From contig NC_042997.1 of assembly GCF_006345805.1 (NCBI RefSeq), forward strand, positions 162,006,001-162,070,000: a stretch of DNA of 64,000 bases, read 5' to 3'. This document shows positions 1 through 12,876 of the stretch, piece by piece (the first letter of the stretch is position 1; every line of letters starts with the position of its first letter). The notes below the pieces were generated by a model. The model was not told where the DNA came from and did no database searches. It worked only from the letters and a program-made list of their open reading frames with translations. The position numbers and the translations under genes were made by a program. The stretch is from Octopus sinensis (Eukaryota).

Positions 1-369
1 CAACCTTGGGGACCTTTTTGAATTACATGTATCTAACATCTGTGTACATGCTTTCAAAATTGGAAAACAGCACGGCACCCATGACATTCAGAAGTATTTT
101 TCATGACCAGAATTGCTGAAGCAGGGAATAAACTACCCTCATCAGTTGTTAGCTGTTGGAACACTACAACCTTCAGGACTTCCATTCTTCCTGAAATTCA
201 CCAACATTACACCTGATGTTCCTTTTGTTATGACTCATCCACTGTTCACTTGCCTGCTTTTTGTGCATTATTCTGTGTACTGTACACGCACTTTTGACTA
301 TCTTTTCTGATGAGTTGTAGTACACTCAAGTACTATATGCAATAAGTTCATTATTGTTGTTGTTGTTGC

Positions 370-400
<31 letters not shown>

Positions 401-439
401 ATTATTATTATTATCATCATCATCATCAACATTATTCAT

Positions 440-550
440 CATCATCATCATCATTTAATGTCCACTTGCCATGCTAGCATGGGTTGGATGATTTGACTGA
501 GGACTGGCGAACCAGATGGCTGCACCAGGCTCCAATCTGATCTGGCAAGG
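440..550 (-). mobile_element. 3' tail fragment of an RTE-related repeat ending in a (GAT)n tail
   Basis: Minus strand reads ...CCCATGCTAGCATGGCAAGTGGACATTAAA(TGA)n. The same tail recurs at ~2000-2245 (+), ~12810-12866 (+) and ~14820-14890 (-). Confidence 0.6.
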
Positions 551-1447
551 AGAACAGAGTTTGAAAATCAAATGGTATTTCACTGATCAACCTATGTCTG
601 CATGGAACATGGACATTATATGATAATGATAATTATGTTTTGTTCCTTTGTTTTACACACACAGACACACACATATTATGGGGGATAGTTGTATAAAACA
701 GTAGAGGTTTTCTGTAACAAGTTTAAGTGAACCTTGAAAGATATTTGATCTTGTCAATAAATTTGATCATTTGGATGAAGTGAAGTGCCATTGTTGTACC
801 ATTTCACAGTCAAACATTTTTCTAACATTAACTCTAACTATACAGTATAATGGAACAAGATCTGGTGACATCATGATGAGATCATTGTTAGATCATTTGC
901 ACTCTACAGAGAGAAATGTTTTCCATAGTAACTCTCTGGTAATTTAATAATTCATAGGATGGGAAAGCATTTTCATCTGACTACATCATAGTTTTGAGAT
1001 GAGCCACTATGAATTCAACTGTAATGGAGTAGAATCAAACTTTTGACAAAGGCAACCATATCAGAATATAATGAATTATTATTAAATAACTATTTTACAC
1101 TGTTTTTAACAAAACAAAGTATAATGATTTGTTTCAATAAGAGACAATGTTATCTAAATTTATTAATGCAATTAAAATTATGTCCGTGCTGAGATATTAG
1201 TTAACTATTTAAATATTTATCTAGCAGGGTTTAAGAGGCACATTTAATTAGCTATTTAACAGAATTTAACAAGCCCATTCTTATTTGATCATTTCTTATA
1301 AGGCCATACAAGAAGACAACAAACATATTCTATTTAGAATGTATTAGTTATAGTAAATCATTAGCTAAATAGTAACTCTCAAGTTACTGATAAACTTAAT
1401 TAGTGTTTAACAATTAAAACATTACGTCAAAGCTTTATACAAATATC

Positions 1448-1541
<94 letters not shown>

Positions 1542-1999
1542 TTTTCATGGAGAGTAGCAGCAAACTCAAGGACTACTCACATGCAAACACTCACACACAC
1601 ATGTATGGCTGTATGGTTAGTTTGCTTTGCAATCACTTTGTTCTAGCTTGGATCCCACTACAAGATACCTGGGGCAATGTCTTGGATTGATCAATACCTT
1701 CAGAATAAAATTTTGTAGATGATAACTGTACAAAGGCTGCTGTGTATATATGTATGTACACACAGAAACACACACACATAAGTTGCATACCTCATATTTG
1801 TATGAATACATTTACTTAGTATATAAAAGACTAACCTACTCCCACAAAGTATCAAGCCTTGTGCCTATAGCAAAAAGCAGTTAAACTGTATGAAAGAGAT
1901 GACAGAGGACTGAGATATGTGGTACATTGCTGAACTCAAGAAGAGCTGCCCACCCCAACAGAATTAAGATCCTAAATCTAAAGTACCACATAAAAAGCA

Positions 2000-2245
2000 T
2001 TGGTGTGGGTACTGCTATCACACAAAAAAAATACTGGTGCTGATGCCACATAAAAAGCACTCATGATGGTGCCACTTTAAAAGCACCTAGTACACTCTGT
2101 GAAGTGGTTGGCATTAGGAAAGGCATCAAGCCATAGAAACCAAGCCAAAACAGACCATAGATTCTGGTGTGGCTCCTGGCCTTGCCAGTTCCTGTCAAGC
2201 CATGCCAGCATGGAAAATAAACTTTAAATGTTGATAATGATGATG
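2000..2245 (+). mobile_element. 3' end of an RTE-related repeat
   Basis: Repeated CATAAAAAGCA motifs, then ...GCCATGCCAGCATGGAAAA...TAAATG(ATG)n, the same tail as 440-550. Confidence 0.6.
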
Positions 2246-3024
2246 ATGTTATTGAACCATATTGTTGAAATCTAGATGGAGGATAGTATGTGTAAAATTG
2301 TTGAAGATTCAATCAATACTTAGATAACTAGGAAGGTACAGATGAGTCTTCTATGTAGGTGATTGCATTGGTACACATTTTTGCAGTTGAGTAGCATGAA
2401 GTCAATACTGTTATTTAGAGATTTTGAGGACTTCTATCCTGCTAGGATGATGCTGATTCTTTTTCTGTTTTAGAATATTTATTCTGCACTCATTTGGCCC
2501 TTAGATTATTTAAGTATCACTTTCCATCCAAATCATAAAATATTCCATTTTTTATTCATTTCCTTTTTCGTTTCGTACATGGAATGCAGAAACTTTTGTT
2601 TTTCTTAAGATCAACAATTAAATGATAGCTTTTATAGTAATAGCTTTGATTCTTTAAAGCAGCACTTACTGTGGTCTATCATAGAAATTTCCATTTGATA
2701 TAGTAGGTGTAAAACAGTGGTACAGGTAAAAACATTCAGTATTATCATCTTTTTTGGCTTATCATTTGAGTTGATGTTGACCAGCAATGAAGGCAGAAAG
2801 CTATCCTGAGGCTGACCATTTTGTGATGCATTACAAAGAAGTGTCTATTCCCTATTAGGATACTAATAAGATGTGTGTGATCCTTGTCAAATACTAAATT
2901 ATATATCTATTTTAACAAGCTAAATCATAAACCATAGTGAGGTCAACAAAACTGAAAAAAGTTTCATAATATCCACCATTTCTGAAGATGTTTTTATGAA
3001 TCTGTTCATACGTTTATCTTTTAT

Positions 3025-3441
3025 TTTTTACTTGCTTCAGTTATTAGACTGTGGTGGTCATGCTGGAGCACCATCTTGAAATTTTAGTCGAATGACTCAA
3101 CCCCAGTACTTCGTTATTAAGCATGGTAGTTATTCTGTTGGTCGTTTTTTGCTGAACTGCCTAAGTTACAGGGATGCAATCACACCAACACCAGTTGTCA
3201 AGTGGTGATGGGGAGACAAACACAAAGACACACACACACACCACACACACACACATACACACATATATATATGTATATATACAATGGGCTTCTTTCAGTT
3301 TCCATCTACCAAATTCACTCACAAGGTTTTGGTTGGCCTGAGGCTATAGAAGTAGACACTTGCCCAAGGTGTCATGCAGTGGGACTGAACCTGGGACGAT
3401 GTGGGTGGGAAGCAAGCTTCTTACCACACAGCCACACCTGC
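3025..3441 (-). mobile_element. tRNA-derived SINE with internal (CA/TA)n microsatellite, CpG-decayed copy
   Basis: The minus-strand head has an A-box (TGGCTGTGTGG) and B-box (GGTTCAGTCCC), followed by a core, a microsatellite and a tail ending GGTGCTCCAGCATG...CAGTC..ACTG. Homologous copies are at 28893, 30660, 53677 and 60400. Confidence 0.85.
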
Positions 3442-6400
3442 ACCATTTGTGGGAAGAAAAATTGTCAAATATTCAATTAATGCAAGACAGAACCAGCCAA
3501 AGAGACTGGTGTCCTCATGATGTATGCTGGACTTCACCTTGCTAGAGACACCAAAACAAAATAGGGATATAATATGAAATTCTTTTTCTGTAATCATTGA
3601 GCAGCCCAAACAATTAATCACCTGATAGCTTGTACATTATTGTAATACTAGTTGACCCTGTGCCATCAAAAATGATGGCTAATTGTAGTATTTTATATAT
3701 AAATAAGGTACATAATAATCAAAGATACAAACATTCACTTCCTTTGCACATGCACACACATACACGCATATACTCGCATAGAGTTGAAATGTTGCTTGAT
3801 TTTTCTTTTCAGCATTGAATGTTCCCCATCCCACTTCCATTGCACACACACACACACACACACACATGAAGCCCTTATATATACACACACACAGTTGAAA
3901 CGCTGTCAGATTTTTTTTCACCATAGAACTTCCATCATCCCACTATCGAGTTTGCCATCACCTCTTCCTTTCTTATTCATCTATCACCCCTTCCTTTCTC
4001 ATTCATATGTTGTGACAGAGAAGAACAGAAGATACACAACACGCTCTTTATTACTTCCTTTCTCTTATTGCTATTACTTTCTCTCACTCCCTCTGAGTCA
4101 GGGCTATTACTCTCACTACTTTTCCTTCACTGAATTACTATTTTCTCTCCTCTCCCTTCACTTATACTACTCTTTCTCCTACTCTGTTCTGTATGATTTT
4201 GGACAAATATATATATATACAAATATATAAAAACATTACACTCATTATTATATTAGAAGATTGTTATTTGTATGATTAGAGAAATAACAGAGAGAATGCA
4301 CAAGATTGCAGAAAAAAAGGTGGAAAGATTTAATAGATTCAAAATAATAATAAATCATTTCTCACATGCAACATTAATATAGACCTAAGTCTAGATTTGA
4401 TTGCAAAACAAAGTGAGATTTATCAGAAAATAATACAGCTGTCTAATGACACACTTGTTGATTAATACTATCTTCCAATTCCTTACAGCAGTAATCTAAA
4501 TGTATATAGATATAAGTATTGGTTTTGCTTTTAATTTTAAGAATAACTTTTAAGGGAAAATATCTATTCATAATTTATTAGCAGATTCAAAATTAGATAA
4601 ATAATTAGACAGATTCTTATTCTTAATTTTTTATCTTTTTTTTTTTTGCTATGTTAAAAGTGTTTGAAGAAAATCTATTAATTTTCTTTTAATTTGTTTT
4701 TTCAATTAAACATTTGTGATATCTTATATACACTACATGATTTCAATGCTTACTTCATTCAAAGACCGACATTATAGCAACTCAAAATTTCTTTCAAACA
4801 TTACAACTAAAAACTTTGCTAAAGTGGCTTTATATTTATTCCAAAGTACTTTAAACTCTGTTAGTTGCATTTATCTCCCATCATATAAACTGGTTTCACA
4901 CACAAGTTTATTATTGGCAATCCCTGAATATTTGGCATCTTGACACCACTAATAAAAATAAGTTGAAAGATTGATAGCATAGAATGCAACCAGTATCCTT
5001 GGCAGGGGGAAATCATTTGTCATAGTATTAAAAGAGTAAAGGAATAAATGTAACATGTACAGGCAAGTTATATATGTGTTATATACACATGGGCAGATCA
5101 TTAAGAATAATTATGGTATTTTTATGGATGTGATCAAGCATTTTTGTTTAAAAAGAATGCACATTAACAGATATAGGAGGGGCTATATTTATTACAAAAA
5201 CAAATATTAACTTTCAATAATGAAAGTTAAAATAGTAAGGTTTTCTGAAAAGAAACTCAAATAAAACGTCCTTGCAGACATTTTGGCAGAAAAGAATGCA
5301 TAAATTTCATTAAGAAGCTTCTAACCCAAGTGATTATTTTGACTTATCAAATTAAATGTTTTGCTAATATTTAATGTAACACTTAATCAGTCTTTACAAG
5401 CAGTTACTGATAACAGAAAAAAGATCTTTGACAATATATCATTCAATAATGAGGTTAGTAATAAGATCAGTTAAGTAATAATGAGACATTCACTTTCTTT
5501 AAAAAAAGGGGTGCAGTTATTTTGTTTTAGGTAGATCCCTGTGATGTGAGAGAGTTTTAAGATTTTCTTATAGGAACTTATGTGATTTAAGAGTACTGAT
5601 GAAAGAATCCTTAATAAAAAACCTAAAGTCATGTTGGGGAGCATGTTATTTTGATAACAAAAATAAAACTCCAGAATTATCAGAGAAAAGTACCAAGAGC
5701 TGAATTAGTGAAGCTTATTGGAAATAAGGAAGGAAAGAAAGCATGGTTATAGTTGGAGAAGTAAGTTTGTTGACAAGGAAGGAGACAAAAATTTCCTTTG
5801 CTGCTTTGTTCATCTGCTTACTCATATAGTAACTAGAGTCTAAGAATACACAAGTAATATTTATGGCTGTAGTTTTCTGGATGTTGCCAACTTTGTTCTT
5901 TGAAGAACAACTCCGTGGCATTTCATAGAAAACTAGCATTGGTATGATGGGGTTTTTCTTAAGAGAGGGTGGAGGGCTTCAAAAATGTAGAAAATAGAGA
6001 AAATTATCAGAATAACTGTAATGGGTTGGAGATAAAGAGTTATGAATATCAATTTCATCCACTATAAGTAATTTAGAGAGCAAGATGAACTTCTAGAATA
6101 TTTCAATGCATAAAAAGCTCAAGAAGTTATGAGAAATTTGGAGTGATAGATTATTTTTTAGGTAATCACATGCAAGAGAGATTTTCAGACTGAGTAATTA
6201 GCAAGGAGCAACTGAGCCAGTTTCGAAGCTGATATTATAGTTTTCCTCCATTTGTGATTCTATTCTTACTATGCTTGTAGTAATGAGGCTTTTGTATCAG
6301 TGTGATCCAAAGAGCTCTACAAATGGGTTTTACTCTTACCAAGTGAGGAATTAGACTAAATGAGATCATCATCAGAAGCCTCGGGAAACAACATAACAGA

Positions 6401-6933
6401 TATATAGTTGCAGTCAAGAACCAATTAAACGTTAATCATTGAGGAAACTCACATTATGCTGGAAGCTGGTATCATAATAATATTAAATAGAATCACCAAG
6501 CTCTGAAAGTAAACTACTGCTTACATCCCTAAAACTAGTGATCACATGTTATTCAGCCACCAAAAGATTTAGCATGACCTTAATCGAAACAAACGCTACC
6601 AGATGATGATGTGCAGAATTTTCAGTCTGATAAAGAAATTCTTAAAGGGGCCCCAAACTGACTCCTCAAACAATAGCAACATTCTTTTCATGACCATTTA
6701 ACAAATTCTTGTGAAACAATTTTAACAGAATAATTATTGACGACATTAAAAAATGTAATTCTCATTCCTTTCCTACAACTGTTTTTCCCTGATAGAAGCA
6801 ATTAGACTAAATCTTTAAAATAAAAAAAAAATTAAAACTTTAAACAATATTGAAAATTTCAAAATTTACAAACAATATTTAACTTTGTATTCATTCAGTA
6901 GAGGAGATAATATATTTAAAAAGTAATATTTAC

Positions 6934-7220
6934 GTATGATATGTAGATATGCAGCAGTTGTTGCAACTCCTTGAGAGTTTTCTGCTCGGCAACGGTAAAA
7001 TCCACCATCTGACTGCAAAACATTTTCAATGTACATTGAAATAATTCCATCTTTGTCATATTCAAAATTGTAACGTGTTTTGTTGGTTATATCAATACCA
7101 TCCTTGAACCATCTTATTGAAGGCCTGGGATTGCCAACAACTTGACATTCAAATCGCTTGGACCCACCAAGAACAACTTCAGCCTTTCCAGGCATGCTGA
7201 CAGATATGCAGCTTGGAGAG
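6934..7220 (-). CDS. Internal exon encoding one immunoglobulin I-set domain (titin/obscurin/MLCK-type muscle or cytoskeletal Ig protein)
   Basis: Translation SPSCISVSMPGKAEVVLGGSKRFECQVVGNPRPSIRWFKDG...DGGFYRCRAENSQGVATTAAYLHII has the I-set motifs (C..G.P.P.I.W.KDG; D.G.Y.C.A.N..G). It is bounded by a polypyrimidine TTTTCAG acceptor (7222-7221) and a GTAAAT donor (6933). Length 287 nt, phase 2 in and phase 1 out. Confidence 0.85.
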
Positions 7221-7389
7221 CTGAAAACAAAAACAAATAATAATATAGAATGTGAATTAAATAACAAATTTATAGCTCATGTCAATCATTTCTTTTATCA
7301 TATGTTTCAAATAATCATCCTATTATGATGATATACAATCATATAAGAACAAATCAGATGTTCATTTATTATTGTAAACAGAAAAGAAG

Positions 7390-7605
7390 CTGTGGATTAG
7401 CAAAACTGCTCAAGCATTGAAAAGATAGCATAGCAATGTTGGTTCCAGATCCATATGTTCTGAGTTCAAATCCCACTGACGTCAACTTTACCTTTCATCC
7501 CTCCAGGGTAGACAAAATAAAATACCAATCAAGTAATGTCATTGATTTAACTGACAAAATTCCTCCCATCAAATTTCTGGCCTTGTGCCCCTGCTAGAAA
7601 CAATT
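7390..7605 (+). mobile_element. tRNA-derived SINE, second family (CCTTTCATCC...GATAAAATAAGTACC core), decayed
   Basis: B-box GAGTTCAAATCC, core CCTTTCATCC and tail GGCCTTGTGCC. Similar copies are at 10530-10735 (-), 26838 (+) and 53897 (+). Confidence 0.7.
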
Positions 7606-9624
7606 ACTATGAAGAGAAAATACCAACATGAGAGAGAAAATCCTTTGTACCATTAATTTTTTTACATTATTTTACAACTTTTGCATTATTTTAACTCATG
7701 GGGTAACTATTGAGTGCTACTAATACACGCTATACATTTCTATGATGAACCACAATTAAACAACTCACCATAACTCATAGATAGATCTTAGAAGACATGT
7801 TAAAGTAATGATTCTAGAAGAAATTCAAATATTGTAAAGTAACTAGCAGCATAGACACCTTTGAAATTGTGTAAAAGAAAAAATAGATTGAACTTCTACA
7901 ACACCATACATATGTTTCTCTTTTGCAAAAAGGTAAAATAACTTCTTTATGAGCACTTTTTAGCATTCAAAACATTTTCTATTATCTGAACACTTGTAAA
8001 TTCTTCCAATATTTTAAGCATGTATGATAAAACTATATAAATATTTCTTACTTTTTTTCCAGTTGAGAGAATAAGTATAAAATTATCAAGTCCAAATTAT
8101 TCTATGTTGAGGGGATTAATTCTTGATGAGATTGGCTTTGCTTGCAAATCTTTCCAAACAGAATATAATCAAATCAGATTCCAGATTAATATATCTGATA
8201 AATAACCTGTGAACTGAGCACTGTTGATGTTGTTGTCATCGTCGTTAATGTTGTTGTTGTTAGTTACTGATCAGCTCTGAACAAACTGGACAATTTTCAA
8301 AGCACTCTGGTCATAACCATTACTATCTTTTTAAGTGTATGTAGAATTTCATTAACTAATTTATCATTTCCTCCTTTAAGATTGCTGGATGCTATTCAAG
8401 AAAGATTTGGTTGTTATTTTTAGTAGGTTGAGTGATCATATTGATATTTCTTCATTGTACTGTAGATTGCAAAATCATGTGCATCATAAAAAACTCCAAC
8501 AAGTATCTTCTACATTCCTAAAGTTCATTTATTGTAGAGTTATTGATCAGCATACTTGCCAAAACAACAATCTTCGGATTGATAACATCAAGTATACCTC
8601 AATATACTGTATGGTTAATTTTGGTTATTAAACTATTTAAAAATAATCCATTTGTATTTCTTGAACAACAGGGCAAAAAAAATTTGTTTCCTTAAAACTG
8701 ACTGTACATTTTAGCCTAATGATGTTCTTTTCAATTGCAATGACAAAACGAGTGTGAAGAATTTGATATATGTACACCGTTATAAAATCTCAATCCTAGC
8801 ACAGGTATGCAGCCTGTCATAATTATTCCACACTGGTTAGAATGCCTCTCTTCAATATACTTACTAAAAGGTTAAATCATGTAGAACAAAAGAAAATAAC
8901 TATCAGTAGCAAAATCAACATGGTCATTATCATTACATTCTTCATATTCCATGTAAATGCTTACATATGTTTTGATTGGACAGGTAAGCAGTACAGCATC
9001 ATTCCAGCTGTCACAATTCTTTTTACAGTTCCCTCATCTGATATATATTTCACCTCAATATATTGGCCTATTTCTGCTTCAGTTATTTCAAAACCAGCAG
9101 TTTTCACAGAACACACCGTGCTGTGTCACATTACATATCTAAGATATTGCAATATGCTTTCTTTCAACTATCATCTGATGCTTCTGATAAATATATTCTC
9201 TCGGTCTATCATATCATAATAATGCAATGTAATACATCTTAGATAGGATTGGGAATATATATGTATAAGTATGTCTATATATGTATAAGTACACACATGT
9301 GCACATGCATGCACAAGCACATACATACACACGCACTCACATATACACATGCACACACACACACACACATACTCACGTGTGCACACATACATGAGTCAGT
9401 AAACAAACACTCAACATATCTAGTTGAAATTATATGCATTGAATAATGGTTTGACTCAGTTCCACATTACTTAAATTTTTTTGGACATAGAAACCCATCC
9501 ACATCATTAGATATTCAGTGGCAGAGTAAAGAGAACTAAAAAAGAAACTTTAAAATAGCTTCTACGTAAGAGTGCTTAGGTTTCCATTTGTCAGTTCTAA
9601 TCACTTGGTTGTCTATATATTCTG

Positions 9625-10200
9625 TCTGGCTAACATGTGTAGTGCTGTCTGGTTACCAATGAGATGTAATTAGCAAGGAAGGTGGTTCCTCTGAATGTAG
9701 AGTAGCCAGAGTAAGAACTGGTTGAAGAAAGTTCAGGAAGCTAGAACCACTGCTAATAACAAAGATCTTTTCTCATAGAGTGAAGAGCAGATTGTATGAC
9801 ATGCATGTTAGATCTACAATGCTGCATAGTAGTGAGGCATGACTTTGACTTCAGAGGACTTCAGAAGACTGGAAAGAAATAAAGTGAGCATGCTCCATTG
9901 AATGTGCTATATGAGTGTGCATAAAAAGCATTGTACAAAGGTGTTGTGTGAAAAACTGGGCATAAGAGGAATCATATGTATATAAGAAAGAAAATTGCAG
10001 CCCTGGTATGGACATGTGATGCATATGGGGAATACAGTTGTATAAAGAAGTACTGACTACTTAATGTGGTTGTAATTTGCATAAGTGGGAAACACAGGAA
10101 GACATGGGAGGAAGTGGTGAAGTCTGACCTAAGAACTCTGAGCTTCACAGATGACTAAGAACCAGAATTTCTGACAGTATGAGGTTCTTAAAAAGATCCA
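9625..10200 (+). mobile_element. RTE-clade LINE, degenerate C-terminal fragment
   Basis: Translates with stops to ..VISKEGGSSECRVARVRTG*RKFRKLEPLL..RVKSRLYDMHVRSTMLHSSEA.., typical of the RTE ORF C-terminus. Confidence 0.65.
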
Positions 10201-10529
10201 TCTTCCTCAGCAAAAGTGAGTCCTGGAAGTGCTATATATGTTGTCCTCTGGCTTGTATCTTAATACTGAATTGTCCAACTTATGCAAGTATGGAGAAAGG
10301 ATGTTAAATGATGACGATGATGGCAATGATGTGTATGTGTGTGTGTGTGTGTGTACATATGTATATGAATACACACACATACAGAGACACATGCACATTG
10401 CAACAGGCAATCAAAAATCAAACTCAGTAGTTAGTTCAACACTCCACTCCAGTATCCAGTATATTACAACGTAGTGCAGCAAACTCAGGATAGGCTAGCA
10501 TGCAGAATACAAGCCAAATAATCTGTTCT

Positions 10530-10735
10530 ACTAAAGGCACAAGGCCTGAAATTTGTGAGGAGGGGAATAATCAATTCTATCGACCCCAGTGTTTCACTAG
10601 TACTTAATTTAGGGGCCCCAAAAGGATGAAAGGCAAAGTCAACTTCAGCAGAATTTGAACTCAGAACATAGCATTGGGCAAAATACCACTAAGCATTTAA
10701 TCCAGCATGCTAATGATTCTGCCAGCTCCCTACCT
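10530..10735 (-). mobile_element. tRNA-derived SINE, second family
   Basis: Minus strand reads GAGCTGGCAGAATC...GAGTTCAAATTC...GACTTTGCCTTTCATCC...GGGGTCGATAG...GGCCTTGTGCC. Confidence 0.75.
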
Positions 10736-10914
10736 TAATAATAATAATAATGATAATAATAATAATAATCATTTCTACTGTAGGCACAAAGCTTGGAATT
10801 TGGGGTGAATAATAAAAGAAATAACAATAACAAGCAGAAATCAGGTATGGAATTTAATACTTTAGGGACATACATGTGTTTCAACAAAATGCCACAATAA
10901 TAACAGCTGAAGAA

Positions 10915-12805
10915 ACCATGTTACACAAGCTGCTAGAGGAGGCTCTTCAAAAGCATCACCTCTCCAGAAAGATCAATGGCTTCATTCTCTGCCAGAAGAG
11001 AGTCACCTCTGAACCTAGAGCAACTAAGTGGCATAGGTTGGAAAAGGGTATTATAATTGGTTACACTATCCCAGTAATCCTTTTCACCCTTATCATGAAC
11101 ATAGTCGTGGAGTCAGCAGAAGTAGGGCATCAACAACCCCAGACAAAATCTGGCATGCAACAGCCAATAGGAGCCTTCATGGACAATCTGACTGTAGCAA
11201 CATCAACAATTACAGGCAGATTCTTCAAAGATTTGAGAAGTTCATTTCATAGGGAAGGATGTGCTCCAAACCATCAAAACTGAGGTCTCCTGTGCTGAAA
11301 AGGGGTAAGTAGTGCAAAAATACCCAAACCGTGACTGAATATTCAATCAAGAGCAGGTGGAAACTCTTTGACAGAAGCCTGAAGAATACAGTTTCCATCC
11401 ACAAAACAAGCAAAAACTTTGAGAACTGGTTTTTTAAAGTCAACGAATCTGGATTGTCTAGTTGCTTCAAAGCTTGAATATACCAGAATATCATCCTGCC
11501 AGGATTTCGTGATGCCTGTCATTGTACAGTGTCAACATGTCAACTATGTAAACCCTGGAGACCAAGATCACTTGTTTTCAATAAGGTGGTGGATTGCTTT
11601 ATCAAAGAGCCTAAGCAGTATCATTCCATACAGGTCAACTAAAATCTTCATTCAGTTGCCTTTTAGAGGAGTTTGTAGTGCTTAGAACAACAGAAGCTGT
11701 GAGGTATAGATATTTCAGGGACACAAAAGTAGCAGGAACTAGCACTGAAGTTTTCATGAACAGGATGTAGAGAGTTGCAAGCAACAAAGAAATGCTTGAA
11801 GTAGAAAGCTCTGGTAGAAAGTGTGACAATAGGGTGCTTGAGCTTGAGCTTTTCAACTCACCAGATTGGAAGCAACAAAAGAATATCTTCCCCAACAAGA
11901 AGTCTGCACAGATGTAGAGGAGGCAAGGGTAGCAAGAATGGTAGGACTCAGTCAGACAAGGAGCCTTGAGAAGGTGGGCCAATATACAGCAACAGAACAT
12001 TACCTGGGTATATCTCTGATGAGCTGACATCCAGTCTGTCAAATTTCTGATCCAGGCTGTCTACAACACCTTACCAAGTCCAGCAAACTTTCACATATAG
12101 GACAAGAATGAAATACAATCCTGTCCCTTGTGCTCTAAAAGAGGGTCTCTTCAACATTTCTTCATCTTCAGCTGCCCCAGAGCTTTGGCTGATGACTGCT
12201 AGTGACATGACAAGGTATTCAAAGCAGTTGCAGAGATGATATCAACAGCCATTCAGACTAGTAAATACTACCCCAGGAAACAGGCCATCACATTTCTCTC
12301 AGCCAGCGAGAAGTCTGCTTCACTCAAACTTCAATGGCTATGCCTACAATCATACAGCCATAGACATGAAGCTGAAAGTTAAAGTTTTGAAACAGATAAG
12401 GTTCCCAGATCACATCATACCAACAAAACTCCAACCAAGCATAGTGATCTTCTAAAATTCCACCAAACAGATGAAACTGACATGGATGAGCTCATAAGAG
12501 GAAGCTTGCCAAATACCTAAGAGTTGGTTGAGCAGTGCATAAATTGTGGCTGATAGACATGTTGCAAGACAGCTGAAGTGAGATGCTAAGGTTTTGGGAG
12601 ACATTCATCTTGCAGACTCCTGGACTTAGAGTTACTGGTGAAGGAAAGAGAAGGACTATAAATTCCCTTACTTAAACCAAAGAGAAGGCCACAAGGTAGA
12701 TTTGGATAAAGTGGGTAGGCCAGTGGTTGGGATAACTGAGCAAGGAGGTCTGATGTTGAAAGATCTAAAACATCACTGATGTTGCGTTTGAGAGCATCCA
12801 AAAGA
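10915..12805 (+). mobile_element. HERO-type non-LTR retrotransposon (RT plus restriction-like endonuclease), degenerate and 5'-truncated
   Basis: WHRLEKGIIIGYTIPVILFTLIMN..SG.QQPIGAFMDNLTVAT matches the HERO RT pattern (WHRLEKGI.TGCTISV.LF; PPIRAFMDDLTV). Downstream remnants match FP.HI..T.L.P.IV and KY..LVE.C of the RLE domain. Many stops and frameshifts. Confidence 0.75.
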
Positions 12806-12876
12806 CACATCTAAAAACTGCCTGGTGCCACATAAAAACATGGATGTTAAATGATGACGATGATGATATATATATA

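Noticed and set aside
5500-6700. Possibly fossil coding sequence (similar patches at 1-340 and 22050-22900)
   Set aside because: Too degenerate to assign any motif by eye; this would need a profile search.
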